64,000 nt of DNA from Candidatus Marinacidobacterales bacterium (GCA_965237955.1 OZ250169.1:768001-832000), one strand, 5' to 3'. Positions 34,910 through 46,497 are shown, counted from the stretch's first letter. Program-made: numbers and translations. Notes: generated from the sequence alone by a model not told the origin.

Positions 34910-36255
34910 TGTCCTTCATCATTATTGATCCAGCGGGAATGGTACCGCTGGTGGCCCTACGACGAACGAAGAAACCCGGGTCGGCGCGCGCGGGCACTTG
35001 CCGAGATCACGCGATCAATGGGCCGCGGAGCTGGACAACGCAATCGCGAGGGACCCCAGCAATCGACGCGCAGCGACTAAACTGGGTCAGGCGGCGTCGC
35101 GCCATTCGTAGCGGTGGTGGAGCCCACTCACTCGCGGCAACGCGACGACTTTTGCGGTCGGTGATGGTCGGGGCGTGACGGGTCTTGAGTTCGGGGTGTC
35201 TTTGTCGAGACTCAAGTGGCAACGGTCCTCGTGGTAGTAGCTGATGTACAAGCGCATGAGCCGGACGAGATGCCGCTCACTGAGGACAACTACATGCTCT
35301 AACATCTCGCGGCGGCAGTTTCCGATCCAGCGTTCGGCGGTACCGTTTTGCCAAGGGCTGCGATAAGAAATGCGAACAGGCTTTGTGCCCATGGCCCTGA
35401 TGAACTCCACCACTGCAGGGCTGAAAATCGCGTCGCGGTCAAAGACCAAGTATCGTGGTGCCGTGTCGTATGGGAACGCCTCGCGCAGTTGTTGAATCAC
35501 CCACGCTGACGTGGGGTTGTACGTCGCGTTGAAGTGCAAGATATGGCGACGGCCGTGCTCGATGACGAAGAAGCCGTACAGCAGCCGTAGCGACGCCGTC
35601 GGTACGGCGAACAGATCCATCGCGGCGATGTCGTCCTTGTGGTTCCGCAAGAACGCAATCCATCGCTTCACTTCGTCGGGTTCGGCTCGGCGGCGCGGCA
35701 TGTATCGCGACACCGTCATCTCGCTGACAACGAATCCGAGCTTCGTCAGCTCAGCGTGGATACGAGGTGCACCCCAGCCGTCTTGGGCCATCGTGCGGAC
35801 GAGACGACGAATCTCGGCATCAATCCGAGGTCGACCTGGATAGCGCGGACGGGAGATCCGAGCCCAGTATCGGCGGAACCGATCTCGATTCCACCGGGCG
35901 ACCGTGTCGGCGTTCACGATAACGAGCCGGCTCGCCCACGCTGGCCACGAGCTTCGGAGCGCAACCCAGAATGCTCGGTCCGTGTCCTCGAGCGGTGGCC
36001 GGGGGCGCTCCTTCTTCAACGCCGTAACTTGCTGCCGCAGGGCCAGGTTTTCAATCACGAGGTCGGCTCGGCACCGACACATCGCCCGGATCGCACGGGC
36101 GCCGAGTGAGACGAGGAAGATGAGGACACGGAGCATGGCGGCAGAGTTTGCCGTCTCAAGACCGGGATCTCAAGCGGGAGATGCGCTCGTTGGCCGAGGC
36201 GTGAACGGTGCGTAAGTCCTTGATTTCAGGAGCGGACGGATATTGATGATGCACA
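34910..36255 (-). mobile_element. Apparently complete 1346-bp rve/integrase-core element
   Basis: Termini TGTCCTTCATCATTATT and TGTGCATCATCAATAT flank an intact ORF; no DR seen. Confidence 0.85.
35087..36136 (-). CDS. rve/integrase-core DDE transposase (the only intact copy in the window)
   Basis: AAMDLF, FDRD and NGTAER acidic triad; WGAPRIHAEL HTH. Confidence 0.9.
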   Translation of the reverse strand: MLRVLIFLVSLGARAIRAMCRCRADLVIENLALRQQVTALKKERPRPPLEDTDRAFWVALRSSWPAWASRLVIVNADTVARWNRDRFRRYWARISRPRYPGRPRIDAEIRRLVRTMAQDGWGAPRIHAELTKLGFVVSEMTVSRYMPRRRAEPDEVKRWIAFLRNHKDDIAAMDLFAVPTASLRLLYGFFVIEHGRRHILHFNATYNPTSAWVIQQLREAFPYDTAPRYLVFDRDAIFSPAVVEFIRAMGTKPVRISYRSPWQNGTAERWIGNCRREMLEHVVVLSERHLVRLMRLYISYYHEDRCHLSLDKDTPNSRPVTPRPSPTAKVVALPRVSGLHHRYEWRDAA

Positions 36256-37115
36256 CCTGATGAACTCCACCACTGCAGGGCTGAAAATCGCGTCGCGGTC
36301 AAAGACCAAGTATCGTGGTGCCGTGTCGTATGGGAACGCCTCGCGCAGTTGTTGAATCACCCACGCTGACGTGGGGTTGTACGTCGCGTTGAAGTGCAAG
36401 ATATGGCGACGGCCGTGCTCGATGACGAAGAAGCCGTACAGCAGCCGTAGCGACGCCGTCGGTACGGCGAACAGATCCATCGCGGCGATGTCGTCCTTGT
36501 GGTTCCGCAAGAACGCAATCCATCGCTTCACTTCGTCGGGTTCGGCTCGGCGGCGCGGCATGTATCGCGACACCGTCATCTCGCTGACAACGAATCCGAG
36601 CTTCGTCAGCTCAGCGTGGATACGAGGTGCACCCCAGCCGTCTTGGGCCATCGTGCGGACGAGACGACGAATCTCGGCATCAATCCGAGGTCGACCTGGA
36701 TAGCGCGGACGGGAGATCCGAGCCCAGTATCGGCGGAACCGATCTCGATTCCACCGGGCGACCGTGTCGGCGTTCACGATAACGAGCCGGCTCGCCCACG
36801 CTGGCCACGAGCTTCGGAGCGCAACCCAGAATGCTCGGTCCGTGTCCTCGAGCGGTGGCCGGGGGCGCTCCTTCTTCAACGCCGTAACTTGCTGCCGCAG
36901 GGCCAGGTTTTCAATCACGAGGTCGGCTCGGCACCGACACATCGCCCGGATCGCACGGGCGCCGAGTGAGACGAGGAAGATGAGGACACGGAGCATGGCG
37001 GCAGAGTTTGCCGTCTCAAGACCGGGATCTCAAGCGGGAGATGCGCTCGTTGGCCGAGGCGTGAACGGTGCGTAAGTCCTTGATTTCAGGAGCGGACGGA
37101 TATTGATGATGCACA
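36256..37115 (-). repeat. 860-bp tandem duplicate of 35396-36255 (truncated transposase plus left end)
   Basis: Sequence appears identical by eye at offset 860. Confidence 0.92.
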
Positions 37116-37463
37116 GGCCTCTTTTCCGCCGCCACACGGCCCCCGGTCAGCGGTCAGGCCAGTCGCCGTGCTGTTCGATGGTTTCGTCGATCTCGGCCAT
37201 CAGACGCCGAGTCTCGGAAGGAAAAGGTTCTCTGCGGCGAGGGTGCTGCGCGAGCGGCATAGGTTACGAGCGAACGCGATGGCGTCCAGAACAACAGACC
37301 GGATATTTGGGAAACAGTCGCACGAGCGAACCTCTCCACGTTCCTAAGACGCCGGTGGCGTCGTCGGGTCGACCGGCACTAAGCAGCCGAGCATGACAGG
37401 CCTCAACCGCGCAAACAACGCTGAATCGACTTTTTGCGGAGCACAGGCAGCGATCACGTCGAC

Positions 37464-38504
37464 CTACATGTCTCGTCGGTTGTCTAGCCGCCCTTCAAGC
37501 GACTCTACCGCTTCAACAGACGAAGAAAACACCTCAAGCTCCCTCGTGAGCTTGTTCTTCGATTTATCGAACATCCGCTCCATCGCAGGCAGGCCATTCA
37601 TTACTGCGATCAGGCCAGTGAGCTTGTCCCTTGCCTCTCTCGCATGACTACACAGATCCTGAACATTCACCAACATCTGCTGACGGTTTTCTCGTGAGTT
37701 TGATGGGTGGGCGAACGCCACCTCCAAGGCGTTTGTGGTGTCTACCCACACGTCACTGAACCGGCTGTTTAGTGTATGGAGATCCACGGCCCGTGCGTCG
37801 TAATCCTGGCTCAAAGTTCTCAAAAGATATCTCACCCCCTTTAGATCATGCCGGCCAGAGAGCTTCTCAATCTCGGGCGTCTTCTGCCTGGCTTGGTCCC
37901 CCAGTCCTTGGATATGACCGGCAATCTTGTCGAGGATTTCCTTGCCCTCTTGGAAGCCTTCCTCAATGTCAATCGCGAAATCGATCACTCCAGGCAGGCT
38001 GCCGTCTGGCCCCTCGCCACCATTGGCATCTCCGTCTGGTTCGCTGAGCAGTTCAGCCTTCGTGGGACCAAAGTCTGATACTGGGTTGCCGAACTGGACG
38101 CTTCCATCGGCAACACCGCGGGCCAATGTCGACAGTTGTTTCTTCGCATGCTCAAAGACGTCGAAGCGATCACCGTACTCAAGGATCCTGTAGGACCTGA
38201 GATCGAATGGTGCCGTTCCAACATCCTGGGACAGCAAAACCACCTGTTTTCGTAGCGCATGTGCCAGACCAAGTTCGTAGTAGACGTTCGGATTTGCATC
38301 AGTTAGGTCCGCAACGACTACATCGGATTCAGCGATTGCAGTGACGATATCCTTCAGGATATTCTGCTGGCTGTCGATGTTATCTGAGCGAAGTGTCTCG
38401 AAGCCGGCTGACTCAAACGCTGGCTTGATGAGTTTCTCATATACCCAATCAAGCTTCTCATCAAAAGGCATCAATACGAAAGCGTGCCGCTGCTTGCCTG
38501 GCAT
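37464..38504 (-). CDS. Nucleoside 2-deoxyribosyltransferase (NDT/TIR-like fold) domain fused to a helical C-terminal domain
   Basis: AFVLMPF..ESDVVVADLTDANPNVYYELGLAHA..PFDLRSYR. Confidence 0.8.
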   Translation of the reverse strand: MPGKQRHAFVLMPFDEKLDWVYEKLIKPAFESAGFETLRSDNIDSQQNILKDIVTAIAESDVVVADLTDANPNVYYELGLAHALRKQVVLLSQDVGTAPFDLRSYRILEYGDRFDVFEHAKKQLSTLARGVADGSVQFGNPVSDFGPTKAELLSEPDGDANGGEGPDGSLPGVIDFAIDIEEGFQEGKEILDKIAGHIQGLGDQARQKTPEIEKLSGRHDLKGVRYLLRTLSQDYDARAVDLHTLNSRFSDVWVDTTNALEVAFAHPSNSRENRQQMLVNVQDLCSHAREARDKLTGLIAVMNGLPAMERMFDKSKNKLTRELEVFSSSVEAVESLEGRLDNRRDM

Positions 38505-38791
38505 CTTCAGCTCTCCCCCGCCCAGTCGTCAATTCCACCGCAGCGGTCAGCACCGCGACCCGGTTGTTGGCAAGTCGTTCCTCACCAACAACGTCCAAGA
38601 CCCGCCTGACTCGCTCAATGAGCCTGCTGCGGACCTGCTCCGTCTCTTCCATTCATTCTCTTCTCGCCCAGTTCCGCCGACCAGTGTTACGCTCTTCTTT
38701 GGGAGCTTTCGGCATCTCCCGCTAAGCCCGGATATCACGCACGCGGGCGCTGAGTACACCCGTGCGTGACGCTCCACATAATACCACCGAC

Positions 38792-38911
38792 GGTACTGTC
38801 AAGTTGAGGCATTCAGGGCCGATCCGACCCCAAGATGTTGGTAACGCGGTGCGCTCAAGCCCCATTATCTAGCGGCCCGCTCCGAGCTTGAGACCTCAAC
38901 TTGACAGTACC
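38792..38911. mobile_element. 120-bp IS6-like MITE
   Basis: Perfect 18-bp IR GGTACTGTCAAGTTGAGG; no DR. Confidence 0.75.
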
Positions 38912-39263
38912 CTCCCAGATGCTTATCGGATGTCAACGCGCGCAGGTGCTCCGTGAGCAGCTCGGCGAGATTCTCAGCGGAGTCGACGGGTGCAAACTGG
39001 CCTAGCGAAAGTTGCTCGCGAAGACTCTCATTGACGCGCAATGCAACGTCACGATCGAAGTACTCCCGGCCCACCACGTCAGCAACAGCCTCCACGGTCT
39101 CCCGAACCATATTCTGGTCGAGTTGGGCTCGATCGCTTCGCGCCCGTGTCGCAGCAGAGGCCTCATCTCCTAGAATCGCGAAGGGAAGAGCGAAACAGGC
39201 AACGCCGAGTGTGCGCACGAACTCACCTCGTTTCCAACACGTGCGGACCTGGATAGCTATCAT
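38912..39263 (-). pseudogene. S41 peptidase N-terminal fragment truncated by the MITE
   Basis: Signal peptide; EYFD..LAELLTEHLRALTSDKHL. Confidence 0.6.
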
Positions 39264-39429
39264 AGCTCGTTGCTCTCGGTGCAGCTCAAATCACGTCGGG
39301 ATAACGATACGCATCAGCTGTGGACGCCGACCCTGGGAGCGTAGCATGTATCGGCGTCCGGCGGCTGCACGTGACGTTAGGCAACGCCCGATCATAGATC
39401 CTTCGTCATGTGGTACTGCGTGTGTCCCT

Positions 39430-39718
39430 CTGGGAAATCATCTAGTTGAGCGTATACTCTGTAGCCTCGCTTCGATATATCCGGCGACGATCAGGGCGCT
39501 GAGTCCTTCATGGCGGAGCGGTTGTCACATATCCCACTGGACTCTCGGGAACTCTTCTCTCCAAGGAAGAAGCTTGCCTTGGAAAATGTTGTTCGCCTTG
39601 CCAAGATCGTGCAAGACCGCTCCCGCGAGGACGAGTTTCCGCAGATCGGGTTTGGCTACTTCGGCAGGAAGGAACTCTTCTACTTCGTCGAGGATCGTAC
39701 GGGCTGCGGCCAAGACGG
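39430..39718 (-). pseudogene. Cas3 HD-nuclease domain remnant
   Basis: AVLHDLGKANNIFQ, then after a TGA, QPLRHEGLSALI. Confidence 0.65.
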
Positions 39719-40086
39719 CGTCCTGTGCCAAAACTCGGCCCTTTGAAATAGACCACAAATCAGCAGCTTAGACGCCCTTGGAATCCGCGCAGAATCGAGG
39801 GTGTTTCGCGCCGCCGGGCTGGCTTCCGACCCCGTCCTGTGCCAAAACTCGGCCCTTTTGAAATAGCCCATAAATACATCTGACATCAAGAAATGTAGAA
39901 GCGTGAGCGGTGTCAATTGGCTTTCCACCTCTCCGATCTAAAGAGGTCTGGGCACCGCGAGCCCGGTCAATCTCCGTCGTCATACCCCGTCACCGTGCCG
40001 CATTCTGTTCAACTTGTCAACGCCGGCCGAAAACTGCGCATTCATGGCGGATGAAAATTGCACACCCGAGCCATGGGTGGCGAACC

Positions 40087-40926
40087 CTATGACGCCGTCG
40101 CCTCCGTGTATTTCCTATGAGATTTAGCCGGCGGGTGAGGTTCGTCCGAACCCGCCGGATGGAGCGCTCGCCACAGTTCGGAGTGCTCTCTCATGCGGTA
40201 ACTGTTTCCTCGGATGTTGACGAGGTGGCAGTGGTGCAGAATGCGGTCGATGAGAGCGGCGGCCATGACTTCGTCGCCAAGGATCTCGCCCCATTCCTCG
40301 AAACTTTTGTTAGAGGTGAGCACGGTCGAAGCGCGCTCGTATCGCCTACTTATGAGCTGGAAAAAAAGCACCGCGCCGGTCTGGGTGACGGGTAGGTATC
40401 CGATTTCATCGACAACAAGCAGTGACGGATAACTGAGAACCGCGAGTCGACGAGTGAGGCGGCCCGCGTCACGAGCCTCTTCGAGGGAGGTGATGAGCTC
40501 AGCCAGGGTGCCGTAATAGACGCGCCGTCCATTCTGGGCAGCGGCGATGGCAAGACTAATCGCGAGATGAGTTTTGCCCACACCAGGAGGTCCCAATAAG
40601 ACGACGTTCTCCTTACGTTCAACGAACCCGAGCTCGTGAAGGTTCTCAATCTGCTCGCGTTTGATCGATGGCTGGAACGAAAAATCGAACTCATCGATTG
40701 TTTTGACCGCGGGGAGTCGTGAGGAGCGCATCGCCGCTTGGAGACGACGGTTGTTTCTCAACGTGATCTGCGCTCCAAGAAGGTTCTCGATGGCCTCCGC
40801 CGTTGTGACCGCACCGCCATCGGCATCAGATAGTACGCGGTCGACAGCTTCGAGCGCGCCAGGCATCTTTAGGTCGGCCAGCATCGTACGGATCTGCTCA
40901 CGTCGCGATATTGTGCTCGCCTTCAT
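40087..40926 (-). CDS. istB: IS21 ATPase IstB
   Basis: GPPGVGKT, VVDEIGY, LTSNKSF. Confidence 0.95.
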   Translation of the reverse strand: MKASTISRREQIRTMLADLKMPGALEAVDRVLSDADGGAVTTAEAIENLLGAQITLRNNRRLQAAMRSSRLPAVKTIDEFDFSFQPSIKREQIENLHELGFVERKENVVLLGPPGVGKTHLAISLAIAAAQNGRRVYYGTLAELITSLEEARDAGRLTRRLAVLSYPSLLVVDEIGYLPVTQTGAVLFFQLISRRYERASTVLTSNKSFEEWGEILGDEVMAAALIDRILHHCHLVNIRGNSYRMREHSELWRALHPAGSDEPHPPAKSHRKYTEATAS

Positions 40927-41978
40927 TGTCCACCTCCAACGAGCCGCGTGTAGACTTCGAGGGGACGATGCTCGACATCCATCGAAGGCAGTGTGGTTAA
41001 GCAGGCTTTTGGAGTTCTTCTCGCGGGTTGGTTTGGCAGTACAAGAGAGCGATATGGCCGCTCAACGAGCGGTCTCAGAGTGGCCCTTTCATCGCGCGCG
41101 AATCGTTCTATCGGTCGTTCGTTGGTTGTGCGATGGAGTCGGACGTTGGCGACGTCACTCAGCCAACGCTCGAGCTGAGCATCGAGGTCGTCATCGTTGA
41201 TAAAGTGGCGACCGTAGAAGAAGCTTCCTCTCACATAGCGGATTGGCCTTTCCACTTTGCCCTTGGTCTTCGCCCGATACGGGCGACACGCTCTTGTTCG
41301 AAACTCCCAGTGGTGGGCGAAGCGGACGAACTCTGGGTTCTCAACGAGAGGGCCACCTTCCCGGCGGTGATCCTCGACGATGACCGAACGCATCTGGTCA
41401 AAAAGGAGCTCTTTGGGAACTCCTCCAAAAAATAGGAAGGCCTGCTCAAGCCCCGCGAACAACGTCCGCATGTCCTGTCGCTTGAAAAACCGAAGCCATA
41501 GCAGCCTCGAGTATCCGAGCACCACGAGAAGTGCCCACCGACGACCCCATGGCAAACGAAAGTGTGCAAAATCGACCTGAGCTTGGTGGCCTGGTGGGGT
41601 CTCGAAACGCACCAGCGGCTCCGCCGGTGGCTGTGGGCGAATCTGCCGCACGTACTCCTTGACCTGCGTGTAGCCGCCTTCATAGCCCGCGGCACGGATC
41701 TCATCATGCAGGCGTACTGAACTCAGCTCCGGGAACTCGTGCAGGCGCGAATGAAGGATCTCCCGGTACGGGTCGATCCTGCGCTCGATCCGCGGACGCT
41801 TCTTGTAGCGCACCGTTTCCTCGTCCAACTCTCGGTCCAGTTGACCCGTCTTTATCCAGTGGTGGACCGTTCGGCGGCTGATTCCTAGCTTGTCTGCTAG
41901 CGCCGCCTTCTTGATTCCCTGCTCCAAATACTCTCGTAGTAACACTCGTTTCTCCCTTCCGTACATCGGCGCCTCCAC
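40923..41978 (-). CDS. istA: IS21 transposase IstA
   Basis: RFETPPG..QVDF, LFDQM, TKGKVER. Confidence 0.95.
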   Translation of the reverse strand: MEAPMYGREKRVLLREYLEQGIKKAALADKLGISRRTVHHWIKTGQLDRELDEETVRYKKRPRIERRIDPYREILHSRLHEFPELSSVRLHDEIRAAGYEGGYTQVKEYVRQIRPQPPAEPLVRFETPPGHQAQVDFAHFRLPWGRRWALLVVLGYSRLLWLRFFKRQDMRTLFAGLEQAFLFFGGVPKELLFDQMRSVIVEDHRREGGPLVENPEFVRFAHHWEFRTRACRPYRAKTKGKVERPIRYVRGSFFYGRHFINDDDLDAQLERWLSDVANVRLHRTTNERPIERFARDERATLRPLVERPYRSLVLPNQPARRTPKACLTTLPSMDVEHRPLEVYTRLVGGGQ

Positions 41979-42503
41979 TCCGGAAACGCCATTCTGATTG
42001 AAGGCGCGCCGTCATGTCTGGCACTCCAGACACACGACAACGGCCTCCTTTTACGGATGGCCGAGTGTGCAATTTTCGTCCGCCATAAGTGTGCAATTTA
42101 CGCCCGCCGCTAACACAACTTCGCCGTTGTCCCAAGCCCATCCTGTCACACACGCCTGACAGGCTCGGTCACGCTGTCGCTGGGGACGACTACTGGGCAT
42201 ATGGCACTCAATCGCCTTGCTGGATTTTCGTGAGCGCCTCACTTGCAGCCTCCGCCAAGGAACCAGTGCAGTGCTGCGTGTCCTTCATCATTATTATAGT
42301 CGGCACCCTGGGCATCAGCGGGGGAACTGTCCGGCGCAGCAGGCTTCTGGCCAGGCTCCTTCGTTGTCCCCCCCCGTCGTGATTCGGCCACAGGCACCCC
42401 ACGATCGGCGGAGCGGGGCGTGCGACTGGCTGTCGCGCGAGCTTCATACATCCCGGTAGAACAATTCAGCCTCGTGGGCGGAAACCCTCCGTGTGGTCAA
42501 ATG

Positions 42504-43053
42504 GAACCCGTCACGTGCTGCTCGTGATATTTCCCTGTTCTTCCGGAGCAATTTCCCTGTTCGCCTATTTCAAATTCCCTGTTCGGTCATCTTAAATTCC
42601 CTGTTATTTCAGAACAGGGAATTACCAGCTAACTATTTGAAATATAGAGGGTTACCACGTCAAGAAACGGCCGGATCGGCACAAAAATGGCCAGAATTCC
42701 CTGTTTTTCCCTGTTATTCTATGGTTACCAGCCGAGACCGGATAGCTCCAACCTGCACCATCCGCCACCCAGTCTGGCCAATTGTGGCACTGCAGAGACG
42801 GGTGAGGTTTTCCGCGCGGTTGGCGGGGTTTTCCAGGATTAGGTGGCACCAGAGACGCGCTAGAAGGGCTGAACGGGCCTCATTTTCGGTTTTCGTCTCT
42901 AATCCCGATTTTCGAGTGCCACGTTTGCGCCAAATAGAGGAGCGGGCGCTGACCGGACCATGCGGCAGCGGAAAAGAGACCACCCGAGAGGCCCAGAATC
43001 GAGGCCGGGGCTACCGCGGCGTAAGTGGGCCTAGCAAGTTCTGGTCCAGGTGC
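42504..43053 (+). repeat. TTCCCTG iteron cluster plus the 330-bp repeat, copy 2
   Basis: Six direct TTCCCTG and one inverted CAGGGAA; homologous to 47617-48170. Confidence 0.85.
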
Positions 43054-43206
43054 GAGGCGTTGTCGCCTTCGCCGCCGCCGTCGTCCCATTCGACCGCGAA
43101 CCAGCCCTGATCGTCCGCACTTACGGCCCTTGGCCCGGTCGCAAACACGGACACTAAGCTGCTGAATTATCGTCTATTTTAAAGGGCCGAGTTTTGGCAC
43201 AGGACG

Positions 43207-43550
43207 GGACTTCGAGTCCCGGTCGTGAATGAGATATCGGCTTGAGGACAGAAAGCCGACATCTGCCATGGTCACGTTGCGAGCCACTTGAGTCATCCAC
43301 TGTTCGTTCGGATGCGGCGTGATGCCGGCGACGTGGACTCGACGGGTAGCCAAGTGTATGAAGAACAGAACGTAGTACGTCACCAACCCGCCCCGAGTCC
43401 ACACTTCCGCGGTGAAGAAATCTGTCGCCGTGAGGACATCTGTGTACTTTTTGCGGAGCACAGGCGGCATGTGGTTTCAGGCGGCACCGTGTTCATGGGT
43501 TCGAGCGTCGTGTCATCGACGTTCGGGTATGCCCAGCTTCTGAGGATCGA
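43207..43550 (-). pseudogene. rve transposase fragment
   Basis: ATDFFTAEVWT..YYVLFFIHL..IHDRDSK. Confidence 0.8.
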
Positions 43551-43590
43551 ACGGCCACGCCCCTGAGCTGGCACGCTTGACCAAAGCCGC

Positions 43591-46062
43591 TTACTGCGCC
43601 GAGACTTCATCTTGGACACTCTCAGACGTAAGAAACAAAGCGATCGGCACGGACTCTATGTAGTTCTTTCGCCCAGAAGTGATGAGCAGTCGATGGACGC
43701 CTTTCACGTTAAAGCCCGCGATCGGTACGGAAAACTCGATGCGTCGTCGAAATCGCGCGGGCGGGCCGGTTGTCGTGCTGCAAGTATCCCACTCGATTCC
43801 CGCCTTGATACTGGCGTTCTCCATGCTGGCCGCGAGCTGTTTCGCAATCTCGTCCACATCAGCGTCCTCGCCTTGTGTCAGCACCGTATTCCAAATGCGC
43901 CGGAAGACACGCCTCATGCGGCCTAATTTTCCGGCGTTCCTGATCTCCAAATTGATCAGCGGATTGGCGTCGATTGTAAATATAAGGCTTGCCAATTTCT
44001 CGGCAAGCGGCGCCCACTGGGAACGGTGACCTACATCCGCCGCTGTGCTCGTGTGTTCGTGCAGTTGCCTCCAATCCGACGGTGCGTCGGTATAGATGGC
44101 AGACCCAGTCAAATGGGCGACGAACAAAGCCAACTCAAGACTCATGCCGCGGAATACCTGATATTCCCCGCTGTCTTTGCCAACCAGGACGGGTTGGAGT
44201 AGCGCAAACGGATCGTTCGCCAGCTTCTCCTTCGTATACTCGATTGTGCATTCAAGTAACTCGGCACCGATGTCGGGTTGGCTTTCGCGAACCATCCGCC
44301 TTAACTCGTCCTCCGGCCGCCGCAACCTCCATCGTTCGAAGTCATCTCTGACCAAGGCCATCCCAAGTCGCATGTCTTTCTCGGTCGGCTTCCAGTTCGC
44401 CGTGCGTTTTTCGACCATTGCCCTAATTGCGCGTCGAAAATCGGCGTTGAATTCCATTGGATCGGGCACAAAATGGACGATGCCGGCGTCGATAAACGGT
44501 TGTAGCGTCAACAAGACGCTCACGTTCTTGAGCATCGGTGATTTGTGCTGTGCCGGCGATTGCGTGGGGCTGTATTCGGATTTCATGTACACCGGGTTCG
44601 GGAACGGGTTCAGAATCACGATCTCGTCGAAGTAGGCGAGAGAGCTGATCACACTCACAGCTATCGTTCGCGGATCAATAAACCCCATGTAGACAGCTCG
44701 AAACACCCCCCTGTCCGGGCGAGGGAGCAGATCGGCGATGTTGGTGTCCTTCGGCCACAGCATCTCCAGCATCTTGTGGATGTCCTTCACTTGGTTATTG
44801 CTCAACTCCCGCCGCACGTCCTCCCATGTCTTCCTCTTGTTCAGTCCAAGAATGTCGATGACTGCATTGCAAAACATCAGGTTACGGTCGCGGAGGCTGT
44901 CGACATCCCACGGCGGCCGATCATCAATCGCCATGCCACTGCAGCATTTCTTGTATCTGTGCCCACTGCCGCAGCCGCACGAATCGTTCGGCGAAGGCTC
45001 TGTCGGCGGAGCCTTCTTCTTCAGAAACTCATGACTGATATCGGTCCGGCCGAATGCATCTTGATAATGCGTCAAACCGTCCTTATAGCCGATGTAGATT
45101 TCCCCGCCGAAGTGCCAAAGCATATCGCTGGGCGGCAGAAGAACCCTGCCGATGTCCTCCCACGCAACCAACCCAGTTTTCTCTGGAAACAGCCACTCCT
45201 CGTCGTACGCTGCAAGGTACTGCCGCGACCTCGTCTTCAGCATAGAATTGATCGAAACAACCTCGTCGGGTGTTAGCATCCGCGTCCGAATCATCGCGTC
45301 CGTACGAATCAGGGTCTGGCCGGAGTATCGTGCGTTCTGCCGTCGAGCGAGCAGATCGACGCCAGCGGGATCCTGAGCATACTCAAGGTTGGTCAGGATG
45401 AGACAGTGATCTGCGTCCAGAGGGAACACCGTCTGCGTGCCCTTCAGATCTATCGAAGGATCCTCCGGATACTGACAGGCAGAGGACGTGGGCGCGCTGG
45501 CAGAGTTGTAGGCCGTGACTGGATGGTCAGTCACGACGAATTTCACATCTGACTTCTCCGCCGAAACGATCTCGCGCACGGACTCAAACCACATCGTACA
45601 ATGCATCTGCCGTAGATGCTGCATCTCCAGCATCAGGTCGATCTGTGTCAGACTCGGATACCTGCTTTTGATCCAATCGAGACCCTTCGGCGTCCTCAGC
45701 CTCTGCGCGTTTAGATATTCAAAGAACCGCTGGAAATACTCGTGGATTACTTGCTGGTCATTGCTGGCGAACGCACGTATTACGGTGGCGCCGCTCGCAT
45801 CGATTCCTCCGAATAGAAACTTCTCGATTTCGTCATTCAACGTGCGTCCAAACCGCATCGTATAGAGGTCTTTCTCTCGGAAACATCGCTTTGGTGAACG
45901 GAGTTCAAGCTCCTTTCCGATGATTATGCGGCCATTGGGAAGCTCGGTCTTCGGAGGATCCCGATCCAAGTACTGGAGTGTGCTCCTCGGCCCGAGAATG
46001 AAACCTTTCTGGTACCAAATCGGGACATAGTGGTTCTGACGGGTAATTCGCGCTTGCTTCAT
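43591..46062 (-). CDS. DUF4238 plus SEC-C zinc motif multidomain protein
   Basis: NHYVPIWYQKGF, FVVTDHPV, PNDSCGCGSGHRYKKCC. Confidence 0.8.
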   Translation of the reverse strand: MKQARITRQNHYVPIWYQKGFILGPRSTLQYLDRDPPKTELPNGRIIIGKELELRSPKRCFREKDLYTMRFGRTLNDEIEKFLFGGIDASGATVIRAFASNDQQVIHEYFQRFFEYLNAQRLRTPKGLDWIKSRYPSLTQIDLMLEMQHLRQMHCTMWFESVREIVSAEKSDVKFVVTDHPVTAYNSASAPTSSACQYPEDPSIDLKGTQTVFPLDADHCLILTNLEYAQDPAGVDLLARRQNARYSGQTLIRTDAMIRTRMLTPDEVVSINSMLKTRSRQYLAAYDEEWLFPEKTGLVAWEDIGRVLLPPSDMLWHFGGEIYIGYKDGLTHYQDAFGRTDISHEFLKKKAPPTEPSPNDSCGCGSGHRYKKCCSGMAIDDRPPWDVDSLRDRNLMFCNAVIDILGLNKRKTWEDVRRELSNNQVKDIHKMLEMLWPKDTNIADLLPRPDRGVFRAVYMGFIDPRTIAVSVISSLAYFDEIVILNPFPNPVYMKSEYSPTQSPAQHKSPMLKNVSVLLTLQPFIDAGIVHFVPDPMEFNADFRRAIRAMVEKRTANWKPTEKDMRLGMALVRDDFERWRLRRPEDELRRMVRESQPDIGAELLECTIEYTKEKLANDPFALLQPVLVGKDSGEYQVFRGMSLELALFVAHLTGSAIYTDAPSDWRQLHEHTSTAADVGHRSQWAPLAEKLASLIFTIDANPLINLEIRNAGKLGRMRRVFRRIWNTVLTQGEDADVDEIAKQLAASMENASIKAGIEWDTCSTTTGPPARFRRRIEFSVPIAGFNVKGVHRLLITSGRKNYIESVPIALFLTSESVQDEVSAQ

Positions 46063-46497
46063 CGCGACGCTTGGTTGTCCGGCTGATGATCTGCAAAATA
46101 GAAGATCGGCCAGAAACAGCCGACCATAGCAGGTCTAAAACGCGCAATCAACGCCGGAGCGTTTTTTGCGGAGCACAACTAAGCTGCTGATTTATGGGCT
46201 ATTTCAAAAGGGCCGAGTTTTGGCACAGGACGGGGTCGAGCAACTTCACGAACCCCCTTGGAAGAGGTCGAAAACAAAAACGTGAACAGTCACTCGTCTT
46301 CCCTCATCTTCTTTGCTACGCATCTGGACACGCCACTCCCCAGTCTCTTCGCAAGGCAGGTCACGGAAGAATAGGCGGTGGTCCCTAACCGTACCAGGCA
46401 ACGCGTCCAGTATCTGGGAGAAATTCCTGTTCTTCGAATTGAAAACGATCAGTGACGCCTTAGTCTCAAAAACCATTAACTGGAGCTTCTGAGGCTA

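Larger units (their letters stand above)
40015..42115 (-). mobile_element. IS21-family element
   Basis: TGTCAACG...CGCTAACA ends; 5-bp DR CAACT. Confidence 0.95.
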
